Source of the DNA: Edaphobacter aggregans | Lineage (GTDB): Bacteria; Acidobacteriota; Terriglobia; Terriglobales; Acidobacteriaceae | Direction of reading: 5' to 3' | Length of the DNA stretch: 32,000 bases | Assembly (NCBI RefSeq): GCF_003945235.1 | Contig: NZ_RSDW01000001.1 | Location: 5,970,001 to 6,002,000 of the forward strand | Part shown: positions 1 to 7,842 of the stretch, one piece after another | Numbering within the stretch: position 1 is the first letter of the stretch | Layout: each line of letters starts with the position of its first letter | Translations under genes and position numbers: made by a program | Notes under the pieces: model-generated | Database searches by the model: none | What the model saw: only the letters and a program-made list of their open reading frames with translations | What the model was told of the DNA's origin: nothing

Positions 1-2
1 AA

Positions 3-791
3 TCTGCAGCAATGATGAACTACAACGCGCTCCAAGTGACACTCCGGCAGCGTGTAACCAGAGGTCTTGAATTTTTCACCAACTACACTTGGAGCAAGTC
101 CCTCACCAATAACCTCGGCTACTATGGCGCGGGCGGCGGAGCCGCAGCCTCGCAGAGTGCCTACTGGCAGAACTCCTACGACGGCGGAGCAGATTATGGC
201 CCGGCGTACTTTGACGTTACCCACAACTTTTCTTTCGCTGGCTACTACGATCTGCCCTTTGGACGTGGCAGGCAGTTCGGATCCGATATGAATCGCTTCG
301 TTGATCTGGCAGTCGGCGGCTGGAAGGTGGGCGCAATTGCCACTCTTCATTCCGGCTTGCCAATCACCATGTTTTCCAACCAGTTTTACCCGGTCAATCA
401 GCGTACCGACCGTGCTAACCACTATCGCAAACTCGTCATTCGCAACCGTTCTGTAACCAACTGGTTCGGTACGGATCCGTCCGCAACTCCATGTACTTCG
501 GATCACGACAACGGAATCTGCGCGTATGGCGAAGAATCGTCTACTGGACTCGGTACTGCTGCAGTTGGTAGTGAACGCGCACCGGATTACCACGATTTAG
601 ATGCCGCACTCAGCAAAGCCTTCAACATCACCGAGAGCAAGCATCTGGACTTCCGGGCTGACTTCTTCAACGTCCTTAACACCACCAGCCTGGCGCCCCC
701 GACCAACAACGTCTCGGGCGGTATCGGTCTGATCAACTCAACCGTCTCAACTGAACGCCAAATCCAGCTCGCGCTGAAATTTGTCTTCTAA
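3..791 (+). CDS. TonB-dependent outer-membrane receptor, C-terminal beta-barrel part (5' end outside the window)
   Basis: The reading frame is open to the window edge. It has an alternating beta-strand-like pattern, a DFRADFFNVLN motif and a terminal QLALKFVF with a C-terminal aromatic residue, typical of TonB-dependent/OMP barrels. Confidence 0.75.
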   Translation, partial: SAAMMNYNALQVTLRQRVTRGLEFFTNYTWSKSLTNNLGYYGAGGGAAASQSAYWQNSYDGGADYGPAYFDVTHNFSFAGYYDLPFGRGRQFGSDMNRFVDLAVGGWKVGAIATLHSGLPITMFSNQFYPVNQRTDRANHYRKLVIRNRSVTNWFGTDPSATPCTSDHDNGICAYGEESSTGLGTAAVGSERAPDYHDLDAALSKAFNITESKHLDFRADFFNVLNTTSLAPPTNNVSGGIGLINSTVSTERQIQLALKFVF

Positions 792-1053
792 CCTTCAACC
801 GCCAACCAGTAGGAACACCACGCAATCTCGACAAAGCAAGGGAGCGGGTAGGCTAGATGCCATCTGCTCCTTTGGCATTTAAGAAGTTGTCTGATTTCCA
901 AAAGCAACCTCTACCGGAGTGTTATGCGCTTTTGCCCAAAGCCGCACCATCGCGGCCAAGTCTGCATACTAACCCATCAGCTCGGATTCCAGCTGCCAAG
1001 CGAAGTGAACTAAGGCGGCACAGAACTGAGAAAAGCTATGGAAAGAGCTGGGA

Positions 1054-1359
1054 TTGCTCTATGATCCATTGCGGCCAATTCCGAAAATCAACAATGCACA
1101 CGACCGAGCAGTAAAGGCGAGCGGTGTCGCTCCACTGCGTCTGTACGACCTCCGGCACACGTTTGCTACCAGGGCAGCAATGTCTGGAATTTACCTCGTC
1201 ACGCTAGCCGCAATGTTGGGCCACTCCAGAATTCAAATGGTGCTCCGTTATGCACACCCTACCCAGGCGCATCAGGCTCTCGCAATGGACAAACTCGAAT
1301 CTTTCAATGCGACTCAACTGATCAGCGAATTCGAAAGAGAACTCATCGCTATCCAGTGA
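1054..1359 (+). pseudogene. Tyrosine recombinase (phage-type integrase) C-terminal fragment, N-terminal two thirds missing
   Basis: The 101-aa ORF carries the catalytic C-terminal signature LRLYDLRHTFATR...LGHSRIQMVLRYAH (R, HxxR, Y). It begins at TTG just after an in-frame stop at 1027. Upstream frames hold only short broken pieces, for example ELRKAMERAGIAL followed by a stop. It lies next to tRNA genes. Confidence 0.75.
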
Positions 1360-1391
1360 ATGGAAATAGACAGTCGTGTAATGGGTCCCAC

Positions 1392-1430
1392 AAAAGTCCC
1401 CACAGTCTGATACGGGGGAACTTTTTGTTA
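1392..1430. terminator. Hairpin with T-rich tail between the integrase remnant and tRNA-Cys (possible bidirectional terminator)
   Basis: AAAAGTCCCC (1392-1401) pairs with GGGGGAACTTTT (1414-1425) with one bulge. It is followed by TGTTATTG on the plus strand, and the A-run gives a U-tract on the minus strand. Confidence 0.4.
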
Positions 1431-1453
1431 TTGAGTTATGTTATTGAAAATTT

Positions 1454-1528
1454 TGGAGGCGCGGGTCGGGATCGAACCGACGCATAAAGGTTTTGCAGAC
1501 CTCTCCCTTACCACTTGGGTACCGCGCC
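1454..1528 (-). tRNA. tRNA-Cys (anticodon GCA), CCA encoded
   Basis: The reverse complement folds by hand as a cloverleaf: acceptor GGCGCGG/CCGCGCC, anticodon stem GAGGT/ACCTT with loop CTGCAAA, T-arm GTCGG-TTCGATC-CCGAC, discriminator T plus CCA. Length is 75 nt. Confidence 0.9.
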
Positions 1529-1596
1529 TCGGGTGGGCTATTCACTTTGAAGCCCCTCTGAATTGTAGGTGAAGTGTACCGCAGGCAGGGGGTTTT

Positions 1597-1671
1597 TGGA
1601 GCGGGAGACCGGGGTCGAACCGGCGACATCTTCCTTGGCAAGGAAGCACTCTACCACTGAGCTACTCCCGC
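1597..1671 (-). tRNA. tRNA-Gly (anticodon GCC), CCA encoded
   Basis: The reverse complement is GCGGGAGTAGCTCAGTGGTAGAGTGCTTCCTTGCCAAGGAAGATGTCGCCGGTTCGACCCCGGTCTCCCGCTCCA. It has acceptor GCGGGAG/CTCCCGC, anticodon stem CTTCC/GGAAG with loop TTGCCAA, and T-loop TTCGACC. Confidence 0.9.
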
Positions 1672-1684
1672 GCTCACATGTACA

Positions 1685-1713
1685 AGTATAACGGCCAAGC
1701 CCCGTATGGTCAA
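1685..1713 (-). promoter_or_regulatory. Candidate sigma70-type promoter for the tRNA-Gly/tRNA-Cys unit
   Basis: The minus strand reads TTGACC, a 17-nt spacer, then TATACT. The -10 element ends 13 nt before the mature 5' end of tRNA-Gly. Confidence 0.5.
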
Positions 1714-1808
1714 CGCGCGGAGACCTGCGTCTTTACAAGTGCAAACGATAGGCACAATTTCTGCATCTCACTTCATCAAGTGACGGTCTGGGGGAATTTA
1801 TAACCGGC

Positions 1809-3269
1809 ATGGCAGTTACAGCAACAGCGACGCAGGGGCAAAGGGAAATGCAGCATTGGCAAGCGCTGCTGGACTCCGCCGGCGAAGGAATCTGGGGGCT
1901 GGATCCAGAGGGGAGATGTACGTTCGTCAATCGAATGGCGTTGAACACCTTTGGTTTCTCCAGCGACGAGCTACTGGGAAACACCATCCACGACTTGGTG
2001 CATCACCATTATCCCGATGGGCGTGCCTATCCCGCGTCTGAGTGTCCGCTCTACGGTGTTTTGCGGAAGAAGAAGGCCTTGCGCCGGATCACCGATACGA
2101 TGTTCCGCAAAGACGGAAGCTCGTTCGTGGCGGAGATGTCTGCGCAGCCCGTTGTGGTTGGCGGACGGGTGACGGGTGTTGTCGTCACATTTCGGGATGT
2201 GACAGAACGCCGTCTGCAGCAGGATGAACTGCGAAAGGCCTACGAGCTTGCCGAGCAGCGAACGGCGGAGCTGGACGCTGTAATTGAAAGCATGCCCCAT
2301 GGCGTATACGTGGTCACTCATGACGACAAGGTGCGCTGCAACCATCGGGCAAGAGCGATGAACGGCGACCGCTTTCCTTCTGAGCTCCATACGCTTGATC
2401 GCGCGTTAGCTGGAGAATCATCCGCCGAAGTCGCGAAGACGGGAGACCGCTGGATCCGCAGCGTGGCAGCGCCTATTTTTCTAAACGAGAAGATCCTCGG
2501 CGGCGTCGCCGTGAACACAGATGTGACGCAGACACGGCTGCAGGAAGAGGCGTTGCGTAAGGCAGAAAAATTGGCCGCCGTAGGACAGTTGGCATCGTCC
2601 ATTGCTCACGAGATCAACAATCCCCTCGAGTCCATTACGAATCTGCTTTATCTGGTGCGGCACTCGCAGTCCATGGAGGATGTGCAGGAGTATGCCAAGA
2701 TAGCCCAGGACGAGTTGGCGCGAGTTACGGAGATCACCGTTCAGACGCTGCGCTTCCACCGGCAACAGACCAGGCCTTCAAAGGTTGATCTGGTCGAACT
2801 GTTACGTACGGTCATGTCGCTTTATACGGGGCGTTTGCTGGTTAGAAGCATCAGCGTCGAGATGAAGCTTGTCGCCGCGCCAAGCGTGCTCTGCTTGGAG
2901 GGTGAGATCCGTCAGGTGGTCAATAATCTGGTGCGGAATGCGTTGGATGCCATGGGGTCTGGCGGCCACTTGTTCATCCGGTTGCATCCGCAGACTGACA
3001 GCCGAAGTGGGAGGCAGGGAATCCGAATCACAGTGGCCGATACCGGAGAAGGGATAAGCCCCGAGATCGAGTCCCGGTTGTTCGAGCCCTTTCAAACAAC
3101 AAAAGAGTTGACTGGCACGGGCCTTGGGTTGTGGGTCAGCAAGGGCATCGTCGAAAAGCACGGTGGATACATCCGTACAAGGACCCGGCGCGGAGCCGGT
3201 CACGGAACAGTATTTGCGGTGTGGTTGCCGTGCGAGGGTGGAATCAGTCTGACTTCTGCGGCGAATTGA
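1809..3269 (+). CDS. Cytoplasmic PAS-domain sensor histidine kinase (PAS repeats, HisKA, HATPase_c)
   Basis: H-box SSIAHEINNPLESITN. ATPase N/G boxes VVNNLVRNALDAM, DTGEGISPE, GTGLGLWVSKGIVEKHGG. N-terminal PAS-like segments (GIWGLDPEGRCTFVNR..., VTFRDVTERR). No transmembrane segments. ATG start. Confidence 0.9.
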   Translation: MAVTATATQGQREMQHWQALLDSAGEGIWGLDPEGRCTFVNRMALNTFGFSSDELLGNTIHDLVHHHYPDGRAYPASECPLYGVLRKKKALRRITDTMFRKDGSSFVAEMSAQPVVVGGRVTGVVVTFRDVTERRLQQDELRKAYELAEQRTAELDAVIESMPHGVYVVTHDDKVRCNHRARAMNGDRFPSELHTLDRALAGESSAEVAKTGDRWIRSVAAPIFLNEKILGGVAVNTDVTQTRLQEEALRKAEKLAAVGQLASSIAHEINNPLESITNLLYLVRHSQSMEDVQEYAKIAQDELARVTEITVQTLRFHRQQTRPSKVDLVELLRTVMSLYTGRLLVRSISVEMKLVAAPSVLCLEGEIRQVVNNLVRNALDAMGSGGHLFIRLHPQTDSRSGRQGIRITVADTGEGISPEIESRLFEPFQTTKELTGTGLGLWVSKGIVEKHGGYIRTRTRRGAGHGTVFAVWLPCEGGISLTSAAN

Positions 3270-5202
3270 AAGAGATGCGCGGCCCGGCGACGATGCTCGA
3301 ACGGCGCCGGACGACGTGCGGTGTGATCAGCAGAACGATCTCGCTGGAATCAGTCTCTTTTGTTGTGTCCGCCGTTGCGGTCTGAAAGCCGGGCAACTCG
3401 GCGAGCCCGGGATAACCGCTGATGGCTGCCGACTCCGTCCTCGACAACGTACTGAAGAGAAGGGCAGTATCGCCGTCGGCCACAGTGACGTCGGAGACAA
3501 ACTGGCGGCTGGCGAGGACCGGGATATTGTTGATGGAACTGCCCGTCAGTGCTTCGACCTTGAGATCGAGCTTCATGCTGATCTCGCCCGACTTCTGTAT
3601 CGTGGGCGTCGCCTTCAGGGTCAGGCCGAGATCCTCATACTGAATCTGGGGTATGGTGACCGCGGTGCCGGTGAGCTGATTCAGAAGGCTCGAGGCACTG
3701 ACTCCGTTGATGGTGACTCCGGCGAGCGCAGACGAGTTGGCCGTCGGACCGCTCGTATAGGTGGACGTGGTGATGGGATAGCGTGTGCCTGCTCGAAAAG
3801 TGCCTGCCTGGCGGTCGCCCATGCGAAGCTGAACGTTGTCCAGGGCACGAGCGTCGCTGGAGTTGAGTGCGAGGTTCAACGTCAGATTCAGATTGGTAGT
3901 AAGGCCAGTCTGCGTAAGGCCGCCACCGAAGAAACCAATGGTGTTGGTGAGCAGCGTGCTCTGCACGAGTCCGGAGGCGATGAGCGCCAGCGCAATGGTG
4001 ATGTCGCTCGCATTCGCTGGAACAAGTCCCTGGGCGATGGCCTGGTTGACGATCGTCTGATTCGAATTGACGATGTTGTGCGCCTCGGAGGCGACGTTGT
4101 AGACGCCGAACTGTTGGGGCAATTGAACGCCGATGTTGCTTTGACGAGTCCGGTCGACCGAATAAAGATTGAGCTCAAGCATCACCTGGCTGCCGCCGTC
4201 GAGCAGATCGGCCAGCGTCAGGTTCACAGCAGTCAGCGTGTCCTCGGGCGCACGGAGGACGAGGTCGCCGGCTGAAGTCTCCACGCTGGTCTGCTTTACA
4301 TCGAATACGGTGCGGATGATGTTGCCAAGCTCCTGCATCTGGTCAGTGGGCAAGCCCGGGATGTAGATCGTCTCCTGCAACTGACGCTCGAAGCGCTGGC
4401 GATTCTCGGTCGTGTCCTTCGCGATGAGGACGCTCTTGGAATCAAGCGGCACGGCGAAGAGGCCGGCCATCTCCATCAGGATCGGCGTTGCCTGCTGGTA
4501 GGTGACGTCCTCCAGGTCGAAGCGTAGGTTCTGTGTCGGAACAGATTCATCGAAGCTGGGACGTATCCCATAGCTGGAATAGACCTGCCGCAGCACATCC
4601 CGCAAGTCGGAGTGGACGTGGAAGCTCTGCGTACCGGCCTTAGGTTCAAGCGTCACTGGCCCGGCAGGCACCGGGCCCTCTCGCAGCCATGGCTCAACCT
4701 TAGCTTCAATCTTTGGGCTGAAGCTGATGGCTGGTGTGGCGTTGTCCGTGTGCTGCGTAACGATATTGTTTTGCGGATCGAGAGCGCTGGCCTCGGCGAG
4801 CAGCTTCTCCGCTTTATCGGTCTGTCCGAGCAGGCGGGCCTTGCCGGCCTCCTGGACGAGCTCGGTGACGTGGTGTTCGCGGGCCAGCGCAAGAGCCAGC
4901 GCGTACTCGCTGTTGCTGGGATTGAGCTTCAGGGCTTTGGCGAATTCCTTCTCCGCGCCTGCGAGGTCTTTTCGATCAAGCAGCCGAGCTCCGGCCAGAT
5001 AAGCGTCAGCCGCAGCCTCTGTCTGACGCTTGCCGGAAGTCTCAGGGATGGCACGGGCCCCTTTGGTAGCGGCCGTAACGGGCGCTTGCGCATGTGGGGC
5101 AGCAGGCTCCTGCGCATGCGCCGACAAAGCAAGGCAGAAAATCGCAGACGCCGCGGCCCGCAAGGGCAGGGGAGTGGCGCGGGGCTGTGGGTAATCTTTC
5201 AT
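3244..5202 (-). CDS. Secretin-family outer-membrane channel (type II/III secretion or pilus secretin domain) with signal peptide and N-terminal TPR-like region
   Basis: C-terminal secretin signature ...ISGYPGLAELPGFQ...SSEIVLLITPHVV. N-terminal signal sequence (AIFCLALSAHAQEP). TPR-like helices (AEKEFAKALKLNPSNSEYALALALA, KAEKLLAEASALDPQN). Confidence 0.8.
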   Translation of the reverse strand: MKDYPQPRATPLPLRAAASAIFCLALSAHAQEPAAPHAQAPVTAATKGARAIPETSGKRQTEAAADAYLAGARLLDRKDLAGAEKEFAKALKLNPSNSEYALALALAREHHVTELVQEAGKARLLGQTDKAEKLLAEASALDPQNNIVTQHTDNATPAISFSPKIEAKVEPWLREGPVPAGPVTLEPKAGTQSFHVHSDLRDVLRQVYSSYGIRPSFDESVPTQNLRFDLEDVTYQQATPILMEMAGLFAVPLDSKSVLIAKDTTENRQRFERQLQETIYIPGLPTDQMQELGNIIRTVFDVKQTSVETSAGDLVLRAPEDTLTAVNLTLADLLDGGSQVMLELNLYSVDRTRQSNIGVQLPQQFGVYNVASEAHNIVNSNQTIVNQAIAQGLVPANASDITIALALIASGLVQSTLLTNTIGFFGGGLTQTGLTTNLNLTLNLALNSSDARALDNVQLRMGDRQAGTFRAGTRYPITTSTYTSGPTANSSALAGVTINGVSASSLLNQLTGTAVTIPQIQYEDLGLTLKATPTIQKSGEISMKLDLKVEALTGSSINNIPVLASRQFVSDVTVADGDTALLFSTLSRTESAAISGYPGLAELPGFQTATADTTKETDSSEIVLLITPHVVRRRSSIVAGPRISFNSPQKSD

Positions 5203-5230
5203 CTACTGCTGATTTAGACGCAGACGGCGG

Positions 5231-5521
5231 CTAACGGGCTCTTGCAACGCCCTGGGCGATGCCCTGCAGATGGGGGCGTTCGCTCACGGGAGGCCGGCGC
5301 ATGCCGTTGCGAATCTGCGCCGTGTCCATGTCGAGCTCGGCCAGGGTGCGGCTCAGCGTGTTGCGGTGCATGCCGAGCTCGTCGGCGGCCTTGCACTGGT
5401 TACCCTTGTGGTGAGCGAGTACTTCGAGGATGTAGCGCTTCTTGAACTGGCGGACGGCCTCCGCGTAGGGAATACCGGCACTGTGCATCTGCGTGATCAA
5501 ACCATCCAATTCGCGCTTCAA
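5231..5521 (-). CDS. Small Fis-type helix-turn-helix DNA-binding protein
   Basis: HTH_8-like segment GNQCKAADELGMHRNTLSRTLAEL. TTG start preceded by GAGGAG 5-6 nt upstream. Confidence 0.7.
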   Translation of the reverse strand: MKRELDGLITQMHSAGIPYAEAVRQFKKRYILEVLAHHKGNQCKAADELGMHRNTLSRTLAELDMDTAQIRNGMRRPPVSERPHLQGIAQGVARAR

Positions 5522-5574
5522 GGTAACTCCTCGTTTGTCGTCTTTACTATTTGCGACGCTTCCTCATTGTGACC

Positions 5575-6111
5575 CTAACTATGCGGTTTGATCCAATCGG
5601 GTGCATTGTGCTTGAGCTGTGCTACGCCGTCCAGAATAAGCTGCTGCAGGTCGTGAGGTACAACGAAGGATACAGCATGAACCCCCGCAAGGAAATAGGG
5701 TGCGAGGTGAGAATTTTCGATCCAGTCGGTTTTTGGCAGAAAAGCCGTCGCCGCCATCAGGATAGCGACCCCCAGTAGGCACCCTCGGGCAAATCCGAAC
5801 CCCGCTCCCAGCAGCCGATCGAAGAAACCCAGCCCGATAGCGTCGGCCGTACGGTGCAAAGTTCGGCCGATCAACGCCGCCACGATCATGACCCCGACGG
5901 CGATCAAAAGAAAAGCAACAACATCGGCCGCCGCTGCCGATATGATGATGCGTCGTAGCAAAGCCGCAAGAGCAGGGTAGTTCCAGGCAGCCAGCAGAAT
6001 TCCAGCAACCAGCCCTCCCAGCGAGAACAACTCCAGCAGAAAGCCGCGCACAAAGGCCACAACGGTCGAATACGCGAGGATGGCGACGAGGAACCAATCA
6101 AATAGGTTCAT
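5575..6111 (-). CDS. cvpA: CvpA-family membrane protein (colicin V production protein family)
   Basis: N-terminus MNLFDWFLVAILAYSTVVAFVRGF and a multi-TM layout typical of CvpA. It sits 12 nt downstream of purC; the cvpA link to purine genes is known in E. coli (cvpA-purF). Confidence 0.75.
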   Translation of the reverse strand: MNLFDWFLVAILAYSTVVAFVRGFLLELFSLGGLVAGILLAAWNYPALAALLRRIIISAAAADVVAFLLIAVGVMIVAALIGRTLHRTADAIGLGFFDRLLGAGFGFARGCLLGVAILMAATAFLPKTDWIENSHLAPYFLAGVHAVSFVVPHDLQQLILDGVAQLKHNAPDWIKPHS

Positions 6112-6123
6112 AGTGTTGTTGTT

Positions 6124-7026
6124 TTAGGTCAGGCTGGTGCGGCCTGTAATCAGGTGAAAGGCTTCAAGGTACTTCTCGCGGGTGCGGGCAACCACCTCGT
6201 CCGGCAGCGCTGGTGCCGGAGCCTGCTTGTTCCAGCGGATCGACTCTAGATAATCGCGGACATATTGCTTGTCGAACGATGGTTGCGCCCCGCCCGGGTT
6301 GTAGGTCTCGGCTGGCCAGTAGCGCGAGGAGTCCGGAGTAAGCACCTCGTCGGCCAGAATAATTTCGCCGTCGATCAGGCCAAACTCGAACTTCGTGTCT
6401 GCAAGGATCACACCCTTGCTGGCCGCGTGCTTTGTGGCTTTCTCGTAGATCTCCAGCGTTAGGTTTCGTAGCGCCTCCGCGTGAAGCTCCCCGACAGTCG
6501 CGACCATCGTCTCGAAGGAGATATTTTCGTCGTGACCGCCCGTGTTGATCTTGGCCGCGGGGGTAAAGATCGGTTCAGGCAGCCGGTCCGATTCGCGCAG
6601 CCCCTCAGGCAGCTTGATCCCGCACACAGCGCCGGTGTGCTGATAGTCCTTCCAACCCGAGCCGGAGAGGTAACCGCGCACCACACACTCGACCGGAAAC
6701 ATCTGCGCCCGCCTGACCAACATGCTGCGACCTTCCAGCTGACCCAGGTAAGGCTGCAGGTTGCCGGGAAACTTAGCCGCATCCGCGGTGATGAGGTGGT
6801 TACTCACGGTATCGCGGAGAAAATCAAACCAGAACAGTGAGAGCTGCGTAAGGATGCGGCCCTTATCGGGGATGCCGCTGCCCAGGACATGGTCGAAGGC
6901 GGAGATGCGGTCGGTGGCCACAAACAGCAGTTGCTCGTCGGAGAGCGCATAGATATCGCGCACCTTGCCCCGCGCAGTGAGCGGGAGGGATCCAAGATCG
7001 GTTTGGAGAAGAGCTTTTTGCATCAC
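6124..7026 (-). CDS. purC: Phosphoribosylaminoimidazole-succinocarboxamide (SAICAR) synthase
   Basis: GKVRDIY...[13 protein letters not shown], ...[10 protein letters not shown]..., and a length of about 300 aa are typical of the long-form PurC. The start is GTG at 7026 or ATG at 7023. Confidence 0.9.
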   Translation of the reverse strand: MMQKALLQTDLGSLPLTARGKVRDIYALSDEQLLFVATDRISAFDHVLGSGIPDKGRILTQLSLFWFDFLRDTVSNHLITADAAKFPGNLQPYLGQLEGRSMLVRRAQMFPVECVVRGYLSGSGWKDYQHTGAVCGIKLPEGLRESDRLPEPIFTPAAKINTGGHDENISFETMVATVGELHAEALRNLTLEIYEKATKHAASKGVILADTKFEFGLIDGEIILADEVLTPDSSRYWPAETYNPGGAQPSFDKQYVRDYLESIRWNKQAPAPALPDEVVARTREKYLEAFHLITGRTSLT

Positions 7027-7070
7027 GTTGAAAGTACCACCTCAAGGTAAGGGCATGCAGCCCGGTCGGT

Positions 7071-7697
7071 CTAGGGCAATGGAATAATTCGTTCCACTGG
7101 CTCAGTATTTTGATTCGGCCACGGCGGACAGACGACACGAATGTTCTTGCCGTCTGGCTCGAGCGTAGCCATCGCGGCAGCCGTGTGGCACTGCCCATTA
7201 TTGAAGGTAACGTGGTCGAGTCTATGACGGAGAAAAGGCGCGAAGGACGGCCGGCGGAAAATGTAGAGCTCGATGCCGGAGTTAGCGCCCTCCACCCAAA
7301 CGCTTCTTTCGAAGACCAGGTCTTTCGTAATGTGGACAGGACGGTTGGGCGTCGGTGTAAACAGATTCCCCAGCGGCGACAGTACGCTGGAAGCGAAGAC
7401 AGGAATCAGGAGAATAATTGCGCTTATCGTCGTAAGCCACTTTGGGTGCAGGCGCGTGAACAGCAGGATGAGAAGCATGTAACCGGCGACGGCGCACCAG
7501 TTGATAATGGCGTTGATGAAATTAGAACCGGTACTCCATGTGCTCGCAGTGATCAGCAGTTGAACTACCACCAAAACGACCGCAAGCCGGACAAGAAAAA
7601 CCCGCAACCTTGCCGGGACGCGTTCCCAGAAGACGCGCAGCTCGATCATCGCCACCATGAGCAACGCAAGCACAGCGGTTGTAAGGGGTATATTCAT
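7071..7697 (-). CDS. Hypothetical membrane protein (about 4 N-terminal TM helices plus a soluble C-terminal domain of about 100 aa)
   Basis: The ORF has hydrophobic N-terminal helices and I recognise no family motif. It is visibly more A/T-rich than the flanking smc and purC genes. Confidence 0.5.
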   Translation of the reverse strand: MNIPLTTAVLALLMVAMIELRVFWERVPARLRVFLVRLAVVLVVVQLLITASTWSTGSNFINAIINWCAVAGYMLLILLFTRLHPKWLTTISAIILLIPVFASSVLSPLGNLFTPTPNRPVHITKDLVFERSVWVEGANSGIELYIFRRPSFAPFLRHRLDHVTFNNGQCHTAAAMATLEPDGKNIRVVCPPWPNQNTEPVERIIPLP

Positions 7698-7799
7698 CCT
7701 CTTGTCATCGGTGGTTGCTCATCCGGCCTGGCGACGCGACGCACGTCCTTTTTGTAGCTCAGATCGTCGTGCGCGCCAAGTATAGGAAGCAAGGCCGCA

Positions 7800-7833
7800 G
7801 AAAAAAAGCTGGAGCGAAACACCCGCTCCAGCT
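7800..7833 (-). terminator. Rho-independent terminator downstream of smc
   Basis: The minus strand reads AGCTGGAGCG-GGTGTTT-CGCTCCAGCT, a perfect 10-bp stem, followed directly by TTTTTTT. It starts 10 nt after the smc stop. Confidence 0.8.
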
Positions 7834-7842
7834 GCGCAAAGC

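Noticed and set aside
857-1114. 85-aa ORF upstream of and overlapping the integrase fragment
   Set aside because: It has no ribosome-binding site and no recognisable motif, and it lies in the decayed region between the receptor gene and the integrase remnant. It is most likely non-coding debris.
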